Part shown: positions 50,929 to 61,076 of the stretch, piece after piece | Position numbering within the stretch: the first letter of the stretch is position 1 | How the letters are laid out: each line of letters begins with the position of its first letter | Source of the DNA: Gammaproteobacteria bacterium | GTDB lineage: Bacteria > Pseudomonadota > Gammaproteobacteria > Eutrophobiales > Eutrophobiaceae | Reading direction: 5' to 3' | DNA length: 64,000 bases | Assembly: GCA_965221695.1 (NCBI GenBank) | Contig: OZ244905.1 | Location: 2,848,001-2,912,000 of the forward strand | The notes under the pieces: model-generated | The model's input: the letters and a program-made list of their open reading frames with translations, nothing else | Told to the model about the DNA's origin: nothing | The model's database searches: none | Made by a program: the position numbers and the translations under genes

Positions 50929-51738
50929 ATGGACAGCTACGCCGTCATCGGCAACCCCATAGCACACAGCCTTTCGCCCCGAATCCACGGACTGTTCGCC
51001 GCGCAGACCGGCGCAGACATCACCTACCGTGCGATGCTCTCTCACGCTGACAAATTCACCGCCGATCTCGATGAATTCCGCCGCGCAGGCGGCCACGGAC
51101 TGAATGTCACCCTGCCGTTCAAGGAACAGGCCTGGGAATACGCGACCCACCGTAGCGCCAGGGCTAACCGGGCGCGGGCCGCCAACCTGATCCGTTTCGA
51201 TACTAATGGACAAATCTACGCCGATTCCACGGACGGCGTGGGACTGGTGCGCGACCTCAGCGCCAACGGTATGCAGGTTCGGGACAAGCGCGTCCTGCTG
51301 GTGGGCGCGGGCGGGGCTGTCAGGAGCGTGCTGGGGAACCTCTTAGATGAGCAACCGGCGGGTGTAACGATTATCAACCGCACCCCTGCACGGGCGCATG
51401 CGCTGCTGGAACTGTTTCCCGAGTCTGCTGGCCTCCTTAACGCGCAAGGCTTGGACGAACCCGTATCCGGTCCTTATGACCTCGTGATCAACGGCGCATC
51501 GGCGGGCCTGGCGGGGCAGACACTGCCCTTGCAAGACAGAATTCTCGCGCAAGACGCCTGCTGTTATGACCTGGTCTACGGCAAGGCAGCCCAGGCATTC
51601 TTGGGCTGGGCGGTAGACAACGGCGCGGCAATCCTGTGTGACGGCCTGGGAATGCTGGTGCAGCAGGCCGCCGAATCATTCTACATCTGGCGCGGCATCC
51701 TTCCGGAGACGCAACCGGTCATCGACGCCTTACGCTGA
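50929..51738 (+). CDS. aroE: Shikimate dehydrogenase
   Basis: GNPIAHSLSPRIH, NVTLPFK, GAGGA, DGLGMLVQQA. Confidence 0.95.
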   Translation: MDSYAVIGNPIAHSLSPRIHGLFAAQTGADITYRAMLSHADKFTADLDEFRRAGGHGLNVTLPFKEQAWEYATHRSARANRARAANLIRFDTNGQIYADSTDGVGLVRDLSANGMQVRDKRVLLVGAGGAVRSVLGNLLDEQPAGVTIINRTPARAHALLELFPESAGLLNAQGLDEPVSGPYDLVINGASAGLAGQTLPLQDRILAQDACCYDLVYGKAAQAFLGWAVDNGAAILCDGLGMLVQQAAESFYIWRGILPETQPVIDALR

Positions 51739-51852
51739 GCTGGCTATTGCAGCCTAAGGAACCTCTGAGATTAAGTCAGAGGTTCGTGCGACACAGGGAT
51801 GCGCGCTCTGACAAGTTTGGAATGGAATTGTTTAGGGCTTCTAAAGTATCAC

Positions 51853-53169
51853 TCACAACCCCTGCAGCCTGTCCATCAGGTCGGGGAGCCAGGTGACCAG
51901 GATGGGGAACAGGCACAGCAGTATAATCGCGCCGACCTGTATCGAGATGAACGGAATAATCCCACGGTATATATGCTGTATACGGATATCCTTCGGGGCC
52001 ACCGCCTTCAGGTAAAACAGGGAAAAACCGAAGGGCGGGGTCAGGAAAGAGGTCTGCAGGTTGATCGCAATCAGCACGGCAAGCCACAGCAGATCCACGC
52101 CCATGCCGGCGGCGATGGGCGCCAGGATGGGAACCACGATAAAGCAGATCTGCAGAAAATCCAGGAAGAAGCCAAGCAAGAATATCAGCAGCATGCTGGC
52201 TACCAGGAAACCCAGTGTGCCGCCGGGCAGGTTGGTCATGACATCGAGCACCAGGTGGTCACCACCCATACCCCGGAACACCAGCCCGAAGGCCGTGGCG
52301 CCGATCAGGATCAGGAACACCATGCTGGTCAAACGGGTGGTCAGTTGCATCGCTTCACGCAATTTGTCCAGGGTGAGTTGACCGTGCAAGGCTGCCAGCA
52401 AAAGAGCGCCCAGCGCGCCCACTGCCGCGGATTCCGTGGGCGAGGCAATGCCGAAGAAGATCGACCCCAGCACTCCCACCACCAGGATCAGCGGCGGCAA
52501 CAGGGTCAGGAACACCTTGCGTATCAAAGGTCCGTCAGCCTCCGGCGTGATCGCAGGGGCAACCTCCGGCCTGAGCCATGCATGCAGGCTGATATACACC
52601 AGGAACAGCGCCACCAGCAATACCCCCGGCACGACGGCTCCGATGAACAGGCGGCCGACGGGCACGCCCATTACGTCACCCAGCAGGATCAGGACAATAC
52701 TCGGCGGGATAATCTGGCCCAGGGTTCCTGCCGCGGCAATCGTGCCGGTTGCCAGTTGCCGGGAATAATTTCGCCGCAGCATGGTTGGCAGCGCAATAAT
52801 GCCCATGGTAACCACCGTTGCGCCCACGACCCCCGTGGTGGCCGCCAGCAATGCCCCGACGAGTACCACGGAAACGGCCAGCCCGCCGCGCAAGCGCCCG
52901 AACAGCAGACCCATTGTTTCCAGCAGGTCCTCCGCGAGCCCGGATTTATCCAGCACAATCCCCATGAAGATGAACAGCGGCACTGCCAGCAGGGTAAAAT
53001 TGGTCATCACCCCCCAGATCCTCAGAGGTAGCAGGTGGAAGAAATCGAATCCCAGGAACACCCCGCCGAACAGCATCGCGATCGCCCCGAGCGTAAAGGC
53101 TACCGGATAGCCCAGCATCAACATGAGCATCAGGCTCAGGAACATCAGGACGATCCAGAAAGTCATCAC
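51853..53169 (-). CDS. dctM: TRAP transporter large permease
   Basis: LAVPLFIFMG, GTLGQIIPPS, SPTESAAVG, SFLTPPFG. Confidence 0.9.
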   Translation of the reverse strand: MMTFWIVLMFLSLMLMLMLGYPVAFTLGAIAMLFGGVFLGFDFFHLLPLRIWGVMTNFTLLAVPLFIFMGIVLDKSGLAEDLLETMGLLFGRLRGGLAVSVVLVGALLAATTGVVGATVVTMGIIALPTMLRRNYSRQLATGTIAAAGTLGQIIPPSIVLILLGDVMGVPVGRLFIGAVVPGVLLVALFLVYISLHAWLRPEVAPAITPEADGPLIRKVFLTLLPPLILVVGVLGSIFFGIASPTESAAVGALGALLLAALHGQLTLDKLREAMQLTTRLTSMVFLILIGATAFGLVFRGMGGDHLVLDVMTNLPGGTLGFLVASMLLIFLLGFFLDFLQICFIVVPILAPIAAGMGVDLLWLAVLIAINLQTSFLTPPFGFSLFYLKAVAPKDIRIQHIYRGIIPFISIQVGAIILLCLFPILVTWLPDLMDRLQGL

Positions 53170-53699
53170 TTGTTCCGGCCAGATTTGTGATCCAGGATAA
53201 AGGATAAGCTCTTCAGACTCTCACCGATACCCTGGATGATCAGCAGGAAAAAGCCCAGTGGAATCGCCGCTTTCAACACCCAGCGGTACGGCAGCCCGCC
53301 CGGGTCGGGCGAGCCTTCGGCAAACTGATAGGCCTGGGACACGAACGGCCAGGAGCTGATGATAATAATGACACAGAACGGGATCAGGAATAACAGCGAG
53401 CATACCAGGTTGACCCATGCGCGCCGGTAGTCTGACATGAACCGGCTGCGGTAGACCAGGTCCAGGCGCACATGGTCATCATGTTTCAGGGTATAAGCGG
53501 CGCCCAGCAGGAAAATAAGAGAAAAAAGGTGCCACTCCAACTCCTGTATCGCAATAGAACCGCTCAAAAAGAAATACCGCATCATGACGTCATAGGCAAC
53601 CAGTAACACCAGCGCCAGTACCAGCCATGACAACCCCCGCCCGCAAATCTCACTGGACCATTCAATACACCTGCATAATTTGCCAATTACTTCACGCAT
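53166..53699 (-). CDS. dctQ: TRAP transporter small permease
   Basis: QELEWHLF, HVRLD, EGSPDPGGLP; overlaps the dctM start. Confidence 0.9.
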   Translation of the reverse strand: MREVIGKLCRCIEWSSEICGRGLSWLVLALVLLVAYDVMMRYFFLSGSIAIQELEWHLFSLIFLLGAAYTLKHDDHVRLDLVYRSRFMSDYRRAWVNLVCSLLFLIPFCVIIIISSWPFVSQAYQFAEGSPDPGGLPYRWVLKAAIPLGFFLLIIQGIGESLKSLSFILDHKSGRNK

Positions 53700-53749
53700 T
53701 CCCCCATTGTAACGCTTCTTAAATCAGGACACCCATGTCTTTTTTTTCA

Positions 53750-54000
53750 AGAGTCGCCCTGCGGGCGACAGAGTATTAGACTGGACTCCCGCTTTCGCGG
53801 GAGTGGTACGGTGGTGGTGTTAACGTAAGCGCCCCCCTCCCATTCCCGCGCAAGCGGGAATCCAGTGAGGCAAAGCGTCGCCCGCAGGGTGACACAGTAT
53901 TTGATTGGACTCCCGCTTCCGCGGGAGTGGTTATGCTGGCGGGGTGCGCATGAGTGGTTATGGTGACGGGGTTCGCGGGAGTGGTACGGTGGCGTCGTTG
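53750..54000. repeat. Large composite REP-like cluster
   Basis: Two GTCGCCC/GGGYGAC modules alternating with CTGGAYTCCCGCnnnnGCGGGART hairpins and gggagtggtacggtgg tails. Confidence 0.85.
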
Positions 54001-54005
54001 AAGCA

Positions 54006-54764
54006 TCAGGAATTGGCCAGAGTGATGTAGTCCTCGACGCTCAATTCTGCCGGTCTTGCGTTGGGCGGGATCTTCAATTCTTCCAGTTGCGACGGATTGA
54101 ACCATGGTTTTAATCCATTGCTGATCTGCTTGCGCCGGGCGGAGAACGCGGTTCGCACCAACTCCGTGAACAGGTCGAAATCCCTGATTCGGTCCACTGC
54201 TCCCGGCATAACTCTCAAGCTGACTACGGCTGAGTCGACTGCCGGCCTGGGGCTGAAGGCGGCGGGCATAACATCAAACAGTTTTACCGCGCGGCAGCGC
54301 GCCTGTACCATCACGCTGAGCCTGCCGTATTCGGGCGTGCCCGCGGCGGCGCAAATGCGGTCAACCACTTCTTTCTGCAACATGAACAGCATCCGCTTCA
54401 CCTCGTCAAAGCCAAGCAGGTGGAACAGGAGCGGCGTCGAGATGTTATACGGCAGGTTGCCGACCACTTTCAGCGGCGCCGGCGCAAACGTCCCAAAATC
54501 CACTTTCAGGACATCCTGCCGAACCAGGTTTAAGCGCCCGATGTTCTTGCATCGTTCAACCAGTTCCGCGGCCAGGTCGCGGTCCACCTCAACCACATCA
54601 AGCGTACCGGTTTTGCGTAGCAACGGGAGGGTCAGCGCGCCCTTGCCGGGACCTATCTCGACAATACGCTCGCCCGGGTGCGGGTCAATGGCCTGGATTA
54701 ACCTCTCAACAATATGCGCGTCCCTGAGAAAATGCTGGCCGAAGCGCCGGCGCGCAGGAGGCAT
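54006..54764 (-). CDS. rsmA: 16S rRNA m6,6A1518/1519 dimethyltransferase
   Basis: FGQHFL, EIGPGKG, GNLPYNISTPL; alternative TTG start at 54776. Confidence 0.97.
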   Translation of the reverse strand: MPPARRRFGQHFLRDAHIVERLIQAIDPHPGERIVEIGPGKGALTLPLLRKTGTLDVVEVDRDLAAELVERCKNIGRLNLVRQDVLKVDFGTFAPAPLKVVGNLPYNISTPLLFHLLGFDEVKRMLFMLQKEVVDRICAAAGTPEYGRLSVMVQARCRAVKLFDVMPAAFSPRPAVDSAVVSLRVMPGAVDRIRDFDLFTELVRTAFSARRKQISNGLKPWFNPSQLEELKIPPNARPAELSVEDYITLANS

Positions 54765-54772
54765 GAACCGTG

Positions 54773-55753
54773 TCAACCCCGGGCCAGATCAATGGCTAAA
54801 TCGATGGCTGCGCACAGGCTGCTTGCATCAGCCTGTCCAGTTCCAGCCAAGTGGTAGGCAGTGCCGTGGTCAACCGAGGTCCGGATAAATGGCAGCCCCA
54901 GGGTGATATTAACGATTTTGCCAAAACCATGAGATTTAAGAACCGGCAGACCTTGATCATGATACATGCTAACCACCGCATCCACTCCCTCCAGGGAAGC
55001 AGCGGTAAAAGCGGTGTCCGCTGAAACCGGCCCTGTCAGCTTCAGACCCTCCGAATTCAATTCATTGATAACCGGAGTTATGATCTCATCCTCTTCCTTA
55101 CCTAGCAGGCCACGCTCTCCGGCATGCGGGTTGAGACCACAAATCAGCAGGCGCGGGTCGTCAATGTTGAACTTTGCCCGCATTTCGTCCGCCAAGACCG
55201 TGAGAACATCGCGCAGACGCTGGCGGGTGATGCGACTGGCGACCTGGCGCAAGGGCATATGTGTCGTGACCAGCGCCACCCGGGCAAAGTCATTGGTCAG
55301 CATCATCACCGGCGATGGACTGTTGCAGAGACTGGCTATGTACTCAGTATGTCCTTTAAATTTGTGGCCGGCCGCGGCAATGATGGCCTTGTCTACAGGG
55401 CAGGTAACCATAGCATCAAATTCACCTGACATGCAGCCTTCCACCGCGCGCTCAATGGCCGATACCACACAGTCGGCGTTGCGCTGCGTTGCTTTTCCGG
55501 GGTCTACCGCGGCTGCCAACGGTTGGTGCAGGTAGAACAGTTGCCCTAATTTGTGCGGCCTGGCTGCTTCATCGGGGTCGTACTGGATCAACTCAATATC
55601 GAGGCCCAGCATACGCGCCCGATCATGCAGAGTTTCGGGATCGCCAATCACAACTTTCTGCGCCCAGACATGATGGCGGGCGCTGGCAAGCAGGATATCA
55701 GGGCCGATACCCGCAGGATCTCCCATGGTCAAGGCCAACCGCGGACAGATCAT
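54773..55753 (-). CDS. pdxA: 4-hydroxythreonine-4-phosphate dehydrogenase
   Basis: GDPAGIGPD, GHTEY, GLNPHAGE, MYHDQGL, RTSVDHGTA. Confidence 0.97.
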   Translation of the reverse strand: MICPRLALTMGDPAGIGPDILLASARHHVWAQKVVIGDPETLHDRARMLGLDIELIQYDPDEAARPHKLGQLFYLHQPLAAAVDPGKATQRNADCVVSAIERAVEGCMSGEFDAMVTCPVDKAIIAAAGHKFKGHTEYIASLCNSPSPVMMLTNDFARVALVTTHMPLRQVASRITRQRLRDVLTVLADEMRAKFNIDDPRLLICGLNPHAGERGLLGKEEDEIITPVINELNSEGLKLTGPVSADTAFTAASLEGVDAVVSMYHDQGLPVLKSHGFGKIVNITLGLPFIRTSVDHGTAYHLAGTGQADASSLCAAIDLAIDLARG

Positions 55754-57039
55754 GATCCCAGCCGGTACTCCACATAGGCCTCGTCTCGCATTTGCCGCAA
55801 CCAATCGGTGCGCGCCTCTTCCAGTTTACGCCGGCGGATCGCCTCCCTGGCTCGCGCCCGCTTGATATCCTCGGTACTGTCGTGCTCGCGCCGGTCCAGC
55901 ACCTGGACGATATGAAATCCGAATTGCGACTGAAACGGCTGACTGGTAGCGCCGGGCTCGAGAGAATTCATGACATTCTCAAATTCCGGAACCAGATCGC
56001 CAGGATTCACCCAGCCCAGGCTCCCACCGTCGGCGGCGCTCACGGTGTCGGCGGAATGTGCCTTGGCCAGCTCGGCAAAATCATCCCCGCCCTCAATGCG
56101 CATCCGCAGTTGTTGCAATCGGCGCAGGGCATCCTCGGGCGTAGTCAGTTCATCGGGACGGATCAGGATATGTCTGGCCTGGGTCTGAGTGACAACCACC
56201 TGTTCGCTACTACGTTTGTCCAGCAGCTTGATGATGTGGTAGCCGCTGGGGCTCTTGATAATGTCGCTCAGATCGCCAATCTCCATATCAGAAATGAAAT
56301 CGGCAAATAATGTCGGGACCTGACCGGCCTTGCGCCAGCCCAGGTCGCCCCCGTCCAACGCCTGCTGGCCGTCGGAGTATGTGGCTGCCATATTGGCAAA
56401 ATCTGCGCCGTCCTGAAGTTCGCCCAACGCCTTCTCTGCGGTTTCCCGAGCACGCGTCACCTGGTTCGTGGAAGCCCCTTCAGGAATTGCGATAAGGATA
56501 TGGGCAATATGGAACTCGATGTCCGTTTCCCCTTGATGTTCCTGGTTTGACAGGTAGTTATTGATCTCTCGGTCGGTGACCATGACCCGGTTGTCGACCT
56601 GGCGTTGCTGTAGCCGGGAGATGAGAATCTCGTCGCGGATTTCCTTACGGAAGGCCTCGTAGCCGAAACCGTCTTGCTCCAGAATCTCCCTGAACTGGTT
56701 CAGGCTCAACTCGTTTTCCCTGGCAATATTGTTGATGGTGCGGTTCAGAGTCTCATCATCGACCCGGATCCCCGTATTCTGCGCCATCTGGATCTGCAAC
56801 TTAGTCATGATCAACCTGTCCAGCACCTGTTTTTCCAAGATGGGCTGTGGCGGCAATGGAATGTTTTGTTCCTGCATCTGAGCGGTCACCGCGCTGATCT
56901 TTCCGACCAATTCGCTGCGCATGATCACGTCATCGTTGATGACCGCAACAATTCGGTCCAAGTCCAGCGCTGCCGCAGCGCTGGTCAGTAGCGTCCCGGT
57001 GAGCGCCAACAGCGCAAGATGTCTCATTGCTCGTCTCAT
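55750..57039 (-). CDS. surA: Periplasmic chaperone/PPIase
   Basis: LDRIVAVIN N-domain, two parvulin domains (HILI, GGDLGW). Confidence 0.95.
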   Translation of the reverse strand: MRRAMRHLALLALTGTLLTSAAAALDLDRIVAVINDDVIMRSELVGKISAVTAQMQEQNIPLPPQPILEKQVLDRLIMTKLQIQMAQNTGIRVDDETLNRTINNIARENELSLNQFREILEQDGFGYEAFRKEIRDEILISRLQQRQVDNRVMVTDREINNYLSNQEHQGETDIEFHIAHILIAIPEGASTNQVTRARETAEKALGELQDGADFANMAATYSDGQQALDGGDLGWRKAGQVPTLFADFISDMEIGDLSDIIKSPSGYHIIKLLDKRSSEQVVVTQTQARHILIRPDELTTPEDALRRLQQLRMRIEGGDDFAELAKAHSADTVSAADGGSLGWVNPGDLVPEFENVMNSLEPGATSQPFQSQFGFHIVQVLDRREHDSTEDIKRARAREAIRRRKLEEARTDWLRQMRDEAYVEYRLGS

Positions 57040-59348
57040 CGCAGCGGCGCTCTCTCACCGTAGCCCGGTATCGCCTGGTTTAGGAGTTCTGCAGTTCTCT
57101 GACCAATGCTTCCCAGTCCTTTCAACTGCAACTGCAGGAAGAAACCGGTGCTGAAATCGCCGTCCAGGTTGGACAGGAAGCGGCGGCTGACTGCTTTTAT
57201 GGCGAAACAGCAACCCTCGTATTCCACCCCGAAGAACAAGTCCAGAGAACGCCCTTCGGATACCGCGTAGTTCCAGCGGCCTACGGCATTCAGCCTGTCA
57301 GTCAGGGGCCAACTGAACGACACATCGGATTGTTCAATGTCCGTGGGTATGCGCCGTATCTGGCCGGTTTCAGCTCGCCTCACCCGGTAAGCCAGGTTGA
57401 TCACCTTGCTGTCTGCCGGGTTGTATTGCGCGGTAAGCGCCATTTTCCGGGTGAGTTTATCGTTGATGTCCCAACTTATCTCCGCGCCCAGTCTCAGGTC
57501 GTCGGTCAGGTTGGCGTCGGCTTCGACGATTATCGGCGAGAGCAGATCGTTTTCCAGTATCCCAATATCCACCAGTTCTCCCTGTGCGCCCAGGATCTGC
57601 CTGATGACATTCTGATCTTCCAGGTAAAACGATTGCGCCACCTGCAACGAGGCAACTTGTTTGCCGGTATCCCGGTTGAGCAGCCGGCTGCCCAAGGCCA
57701 GCGTGATCTGGTTCGTGTCACCGATCCGGTCGTAACCGCTGAAGCGGTTTTCCCGGAACAGGGCGTTATAGTCCAGGTTATAGACCGACGAGTCGAATAC
57801 CGGCAGCTTGTTCTGGTCCTCGTGCGGCACGTACAGGTAGAACAGCCGGGGTTCCAGCGTGTGCAGGAAGTTGCTGTTCCGCCACTGGCCCTCGCGCTCC
57901 AGGAACACACCGCTGTCTACACTGACGATGGGCAAGGTCCTGCTGGGACTTTTTGTAAAAGGCCCTTGCCGATCCAGGTTGTACTGGGTGAAGCGCACGC
58001 CGATCTTGGGAACGAGGAAAGCCGCCTGGGTGCGGATCGGATAGCTTATGGACGGGTACAGATCGGCGCGGAAGCCGGTCACGTCCACCGTAACCCCGGT
58101 TTCGCCGGTCCGGTCGAAATAGGTGAAGTCCGTCAGCAGATTGAGGTTGATTTTTTTGTTGCCGCGTAGGGGAGAGTACCTGAATTGCAGACGCGGCAGA
58201 TTTTTGTAGGGCCTGGATGTCACCGCGATACTCTGGTCGACGATCTGGTAACTGTGCAAGCGCCCCAAAAAGCTCCAGTTGCTGCCGCGGTAGGTCAAGT
58301 CCGCTCGACGGGGCAGATAGCGGGTGCTGGAAATCGCCAGTTCCGTGCCAAAATCCTCCAGGTATTCCGGGTCCGAAGCCCGGTTGTAGACCACATAAAG
58401 CTGTCCCCGATCGAGGAAGCGTTGGTTAAGCTCAATGTTGATCATGCTCCGGTCGCGATCGTCAAACCCGACATCGCCCGGCAGGTATTCCAGGTTTATC
58501 TCGCCCTCGCCCCCGTCGACCAGGTAGCGGTACTCCAGCATGCCCATCACGCCGCTGTTGGTCAGCGCCCGGGGCGTGATGGTCGCGTCCATATTAGGCG
58601 AAATATTCCAGTAATAGGGCAACCGGGTTTCAACCCCGCCATGGCTGTTTTTGCCGATGCCAGGCGCGAGAAAACCGGATTTGCGAGTTCTGCTCAAGGG
58701 AAAAGTGAAGTAGGGTGAATAGAACACAGGTATATCCTTGATCCTCAGGACAATATCTCTGCCGGAACCGCGATCCGTATCATGATTAAGCGTTAGCGAA
58801 CGCGCGTCGATACGCCAGAAATTCTCCTCGATGTCGCCGCCGTTTGCCGGCGCGCAGGTACTGAAACTCATGCCTTCCCCGGAAGTCAGGGCGCCGGGGT
58901 CGATGAACAGTTTGTCGGCCCTGCCCCGGGCATCGCTGTCCGGCAGGTAGTAGTCGGCGCCGGACACGGTTGCCGTGCCCTCGCCCACATCGATCTGCGC
59001 GCTCTCACCGGCCAGGAACAGCGATTCCTCCCAGAACTTCACGTTGCCGGACAAGTCGACGGAATCTTGCGAGTCATCGTAGACCGCGGCATCCGCGCGT
59101 GCCTGCCATGTGTCCGTGGACATCTCGACGGAACCCGACAGGTTTGAGATGCCTTCCTCAGTCAGGTCGATACTATCGGCATCCAGGTAGGTATCGCCTT
59201 CCTCCAGGTTCACGTCCACCAGCGGCCGTTCCGGCACCTGGAACACGATGGGGCAGAACGGCCCGCCGGCAGCCGGCGTGTCTTGCGCCGCGGCGGCGCC
59301 GGACAAGAGCAGGCTTAACAGAATAATATTTTTAATCCCGCTGATCAT
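57036..59348 (-). CDS. lptD: LPS-assembly outer-membrane protein
   Basis: [42 protein letters not shown]. Confidence 0.95.
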   Translation of the reverse strand: MISGIKNIILLSLLLSGAAAAQDTPAAGGPFCPIVFQVPERPLVDVNLEEGDTYLDADSIDLTEEGISNLSGSVEMSTDTWQARADAAVYDDSQDSVDLSGNVKFWEESLFLAGESAQIDVGEGTATVSGADYYLPDSDARGRADKLFIDPGALTSGEGMSFSTCAPANGGDIEENFWRIDARSLTLNHDTDRGSGRDIVLRIKDIPVFYSPYFTFPLSRTRKSGFLAPGIGKNSHGGVETRLPYYWNISPNMDATITPRALTNSGVMGMLEYRYLVDGGEGEINLEYLPGDVGFDDRDRSMINIELNQRFLDRGQLYVVYNRASDPEYLEDFGTELAISSTRYLPRRADLTYRGSNWSFLGRLHSYQIVDQSIAVTSRPYKNLPRLQFRYSPLRGNKKINLNLLTDFTYFDRTGETGVTVDVTGFRADLYPSISYPIRTQAAFLVPKIGVRFTQYNLDRQGPFTKSPSRTLPIVSVDSGVFLEREGQWRNSNFLHTLEPRLFYLYVPHEDQNKLPVFDSSVYNLDYNALFRENRFSGYDRIGDTNQITLALGSRLLNRDTGKQVASLQVAQSFYLEDQNVIRQILGAQGELVDIGILENDLLSPIIVEADANLTDDLRLGAEISWDINDKLTRKMALTAQYNPADSKVINLAYRVRRAETGQIRRIPTDIEQSDVSFSWPLTDRLNAVGRWNYAVSEGRSLDLFFGVEYEGCCFAIKAVSRRFLSNLDGDFSTGFFLQLQLKGLGSIGQRTAELLNQAIPGYGERAPLR

Positions 59349-59911
59349 GTCTTCGGCAAAGTGACCCCTGTCTGGCCCTGGTACTTTCCTTTTCTGTCTT
59401 TGTACGAGGTTTCACAGGACTCATCGGATTGCAGGAAGATCACCTGGGCGACCCCCTCGTTGGCATAAATCTTCGCCGGCAGCGGCGAAGTATTGGAAAA
59501 CTCCAGGGTAATGTGACCCTCCCATTCCGGCTCCAGCGGCGTCACGTTGACAATGATGCCGCAGCGGGCATAGGTGGATTTGCCCAGGCATATCGTCAGC
59601 ACATCCCTGGGAATGCGGAAATACTCGACGGTGCTCGCCAGCGCGAATGAATTGGGCGGGATGATGCAGACGTTCCCCTTGAAATCCACGAAGCTGTCCT
59701 CGTCAAAGCCCTTCGGATCGACGATCGCGGAATTGATATTGGTGAAGATTTTGAATTCATCCGAGCAGCGCACATCATAGCCGTAACTGGACGTACCGTA
59801 GGACACCAGCGGCATGGAACCATTTTGTTTGACCTGCTGCGGTGAAAACGGTTCAATCAGGCCGCAGGCACTGGCCATCTCGCGAATCCATTTATCGCTC
59901 TTTACCGGCAT
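59345..59911 (-). CDS. dcd: dCTP deaminase
   Basis: [31 protein letters not shown]. Confidence 0.97.
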   Translation of the reverse strand: MPVKSDKWIREMASACGLIEPFSPQQVKQNGSMPLVSYGTSSYGYDVRCSDEFKIFTNINSAIVDPKGFDEDSFVDFKGNVCIIPPNSFALASTVEYFRIPRDVLTICLGKSTYARCGIIVNVTPLEPEWEGHITLEFSNTSPLPAKIYANEGVAQVIFLQSDESCETSYKDRKGKYQGQTGVTLPKT

Positions 59912-61003
59912 TCAGGCGTTCTCGACCACAATCTTCGGGAACCGGGCGCTGTAGTCCTTCGCCCGCAGCGACAATCTTGCCGCAGCCTTGCGGGAGATGG
60001 CCCGGTAGGTCTCGGCAATGGGCGAGTCCGGGTCCATCGCCACGGTCGGCCGGCCGTTGTCCGCGCCTTCGCGGATGCTGATGTCCAGCGGCAAGGAACC
60101 GAGCAGGTCAACATCATACTGCTCCGCCATCTGCTGCCCGCCGCCACTGCCGAAGATATGTTCTTCGTGGCCGCATTGGCTGCAAATGTGTGTGCTCATG
60201 TTCTCGACGATGCCCAGCACCGGCACCTCGACCTTTTCGAACATCTTCAGGCCCTTGCGCGCGTCCAGCAGCGCGATGTCCTGCGGCGTGGTCACAATGA
60301 TCGCGCCGGAAACCGGGATCTTCTGGCACAGCGTGAGTTGGATATCGCCAGTGCCCGGCGGCAGGTCGATGATCAGGTAATCCAGGTCCGACCAGTTGGT
60401 GTCGCCCAGCAACTGCTCCAGCGCCGAGGTGACCATGGGGCCGCGCCAGATCATCGGCGTCTCCTCGTTCACCAGGTAGCCGATGGACATGGACTGCAAG
60501 TGGTAGCTGATGTTCGGTTCGATGGACTTGCCGTCATGGCTGTCCGGCTTGGCGCGGCAGCCAAGCATGCGCGGCTGGCTCGGCCCGTAAATGTCCGCAT
60601 CCAGGATGCCGGTCTTCGCCCCTTCCGCGTGCAAGGCCAGGGCCAGGTTCACGGCCGTCGTCGATTTGCCGACGCCGCCCTTGCCGGAGGCAACCGCGAT
60701 CGTGTTCTTGATGCTGTCAACAGTTTTCACGCCGCGCTGCACCGCATGAGACCTGATGTCAGTATCGATGTCCAGGTCTATGCCGCCCACGCCGGGGATC
60801 TGCTGTAACGCCGTGCGCACCGCGTCCCGCAGCGCGTCCAGGTAGCCCTGCGCCGGGTAACCCATTTGCAGGGAAATTCTGATATTATCTCCACTGATTT
60901 GAATATCCTTGACCATTTCAGCGGAGACGAGGTCTTTTTCCAGGTTAATGTCCTGAACCCCGGCCAGGACCGATTTGATTGCTTCAGGGTTTGTATTCAG
61001 CAT
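59912..61003 (-). CDS. apbC: Mrp/ApbC Fe-S cluster carrier ATPase
   Basis: SGKGGVGKST, DADIYGPS, DLPPGTGD, ENMS..ICSQC. Confidence 0.97.
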   Translation of the reverse strand: MLNTNPEAIKSVLAGVQDINLEKDLVSAEMVKDIQISGDNIRISLQMGYPAQGYLDALRDAVRTALQQIPGVGGIDLDIDTDIRSHAVQRGVKTVDSIKNTIAVASGKGGVGKSTTAVNLALALHAEGAKTGILDADIYGPSQPRMLGCRAKPDSHDGKSIEPNISYHLQSMSIGYLVNEETPMIWRGPMVTSALEQLLGDTNWSDLDYLIIDLPPGTGDIQLTLCQKIPVSGAIIVTTPQDIALLDARKGLKMFEKVEVPVLGIVENMSTHICSQCGHEEHIFGSGGGQQMAEQYDVDLLGSLPLDISIREGADNGRPTVAMDPDSPIAETYRAISRKAAARLSLRAKDYSARFPKIVVENA

Positions 61004-61076
61004 AAGCGTTTGCCGTCTCGTATTCGCTCTGTCGGTAAACAAACAGGCATTTTACATCAATTTTACTGTATAACCT

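Noticed and set aside
53750-54000. Recurring GCGGGAGTGGT motifs suggesting a CRISPR array
   Set aside because: Units alternate in orientation, spacing is irregular, the intervening sequences are themselves repeats found elsewhere, and no cas genes are present.
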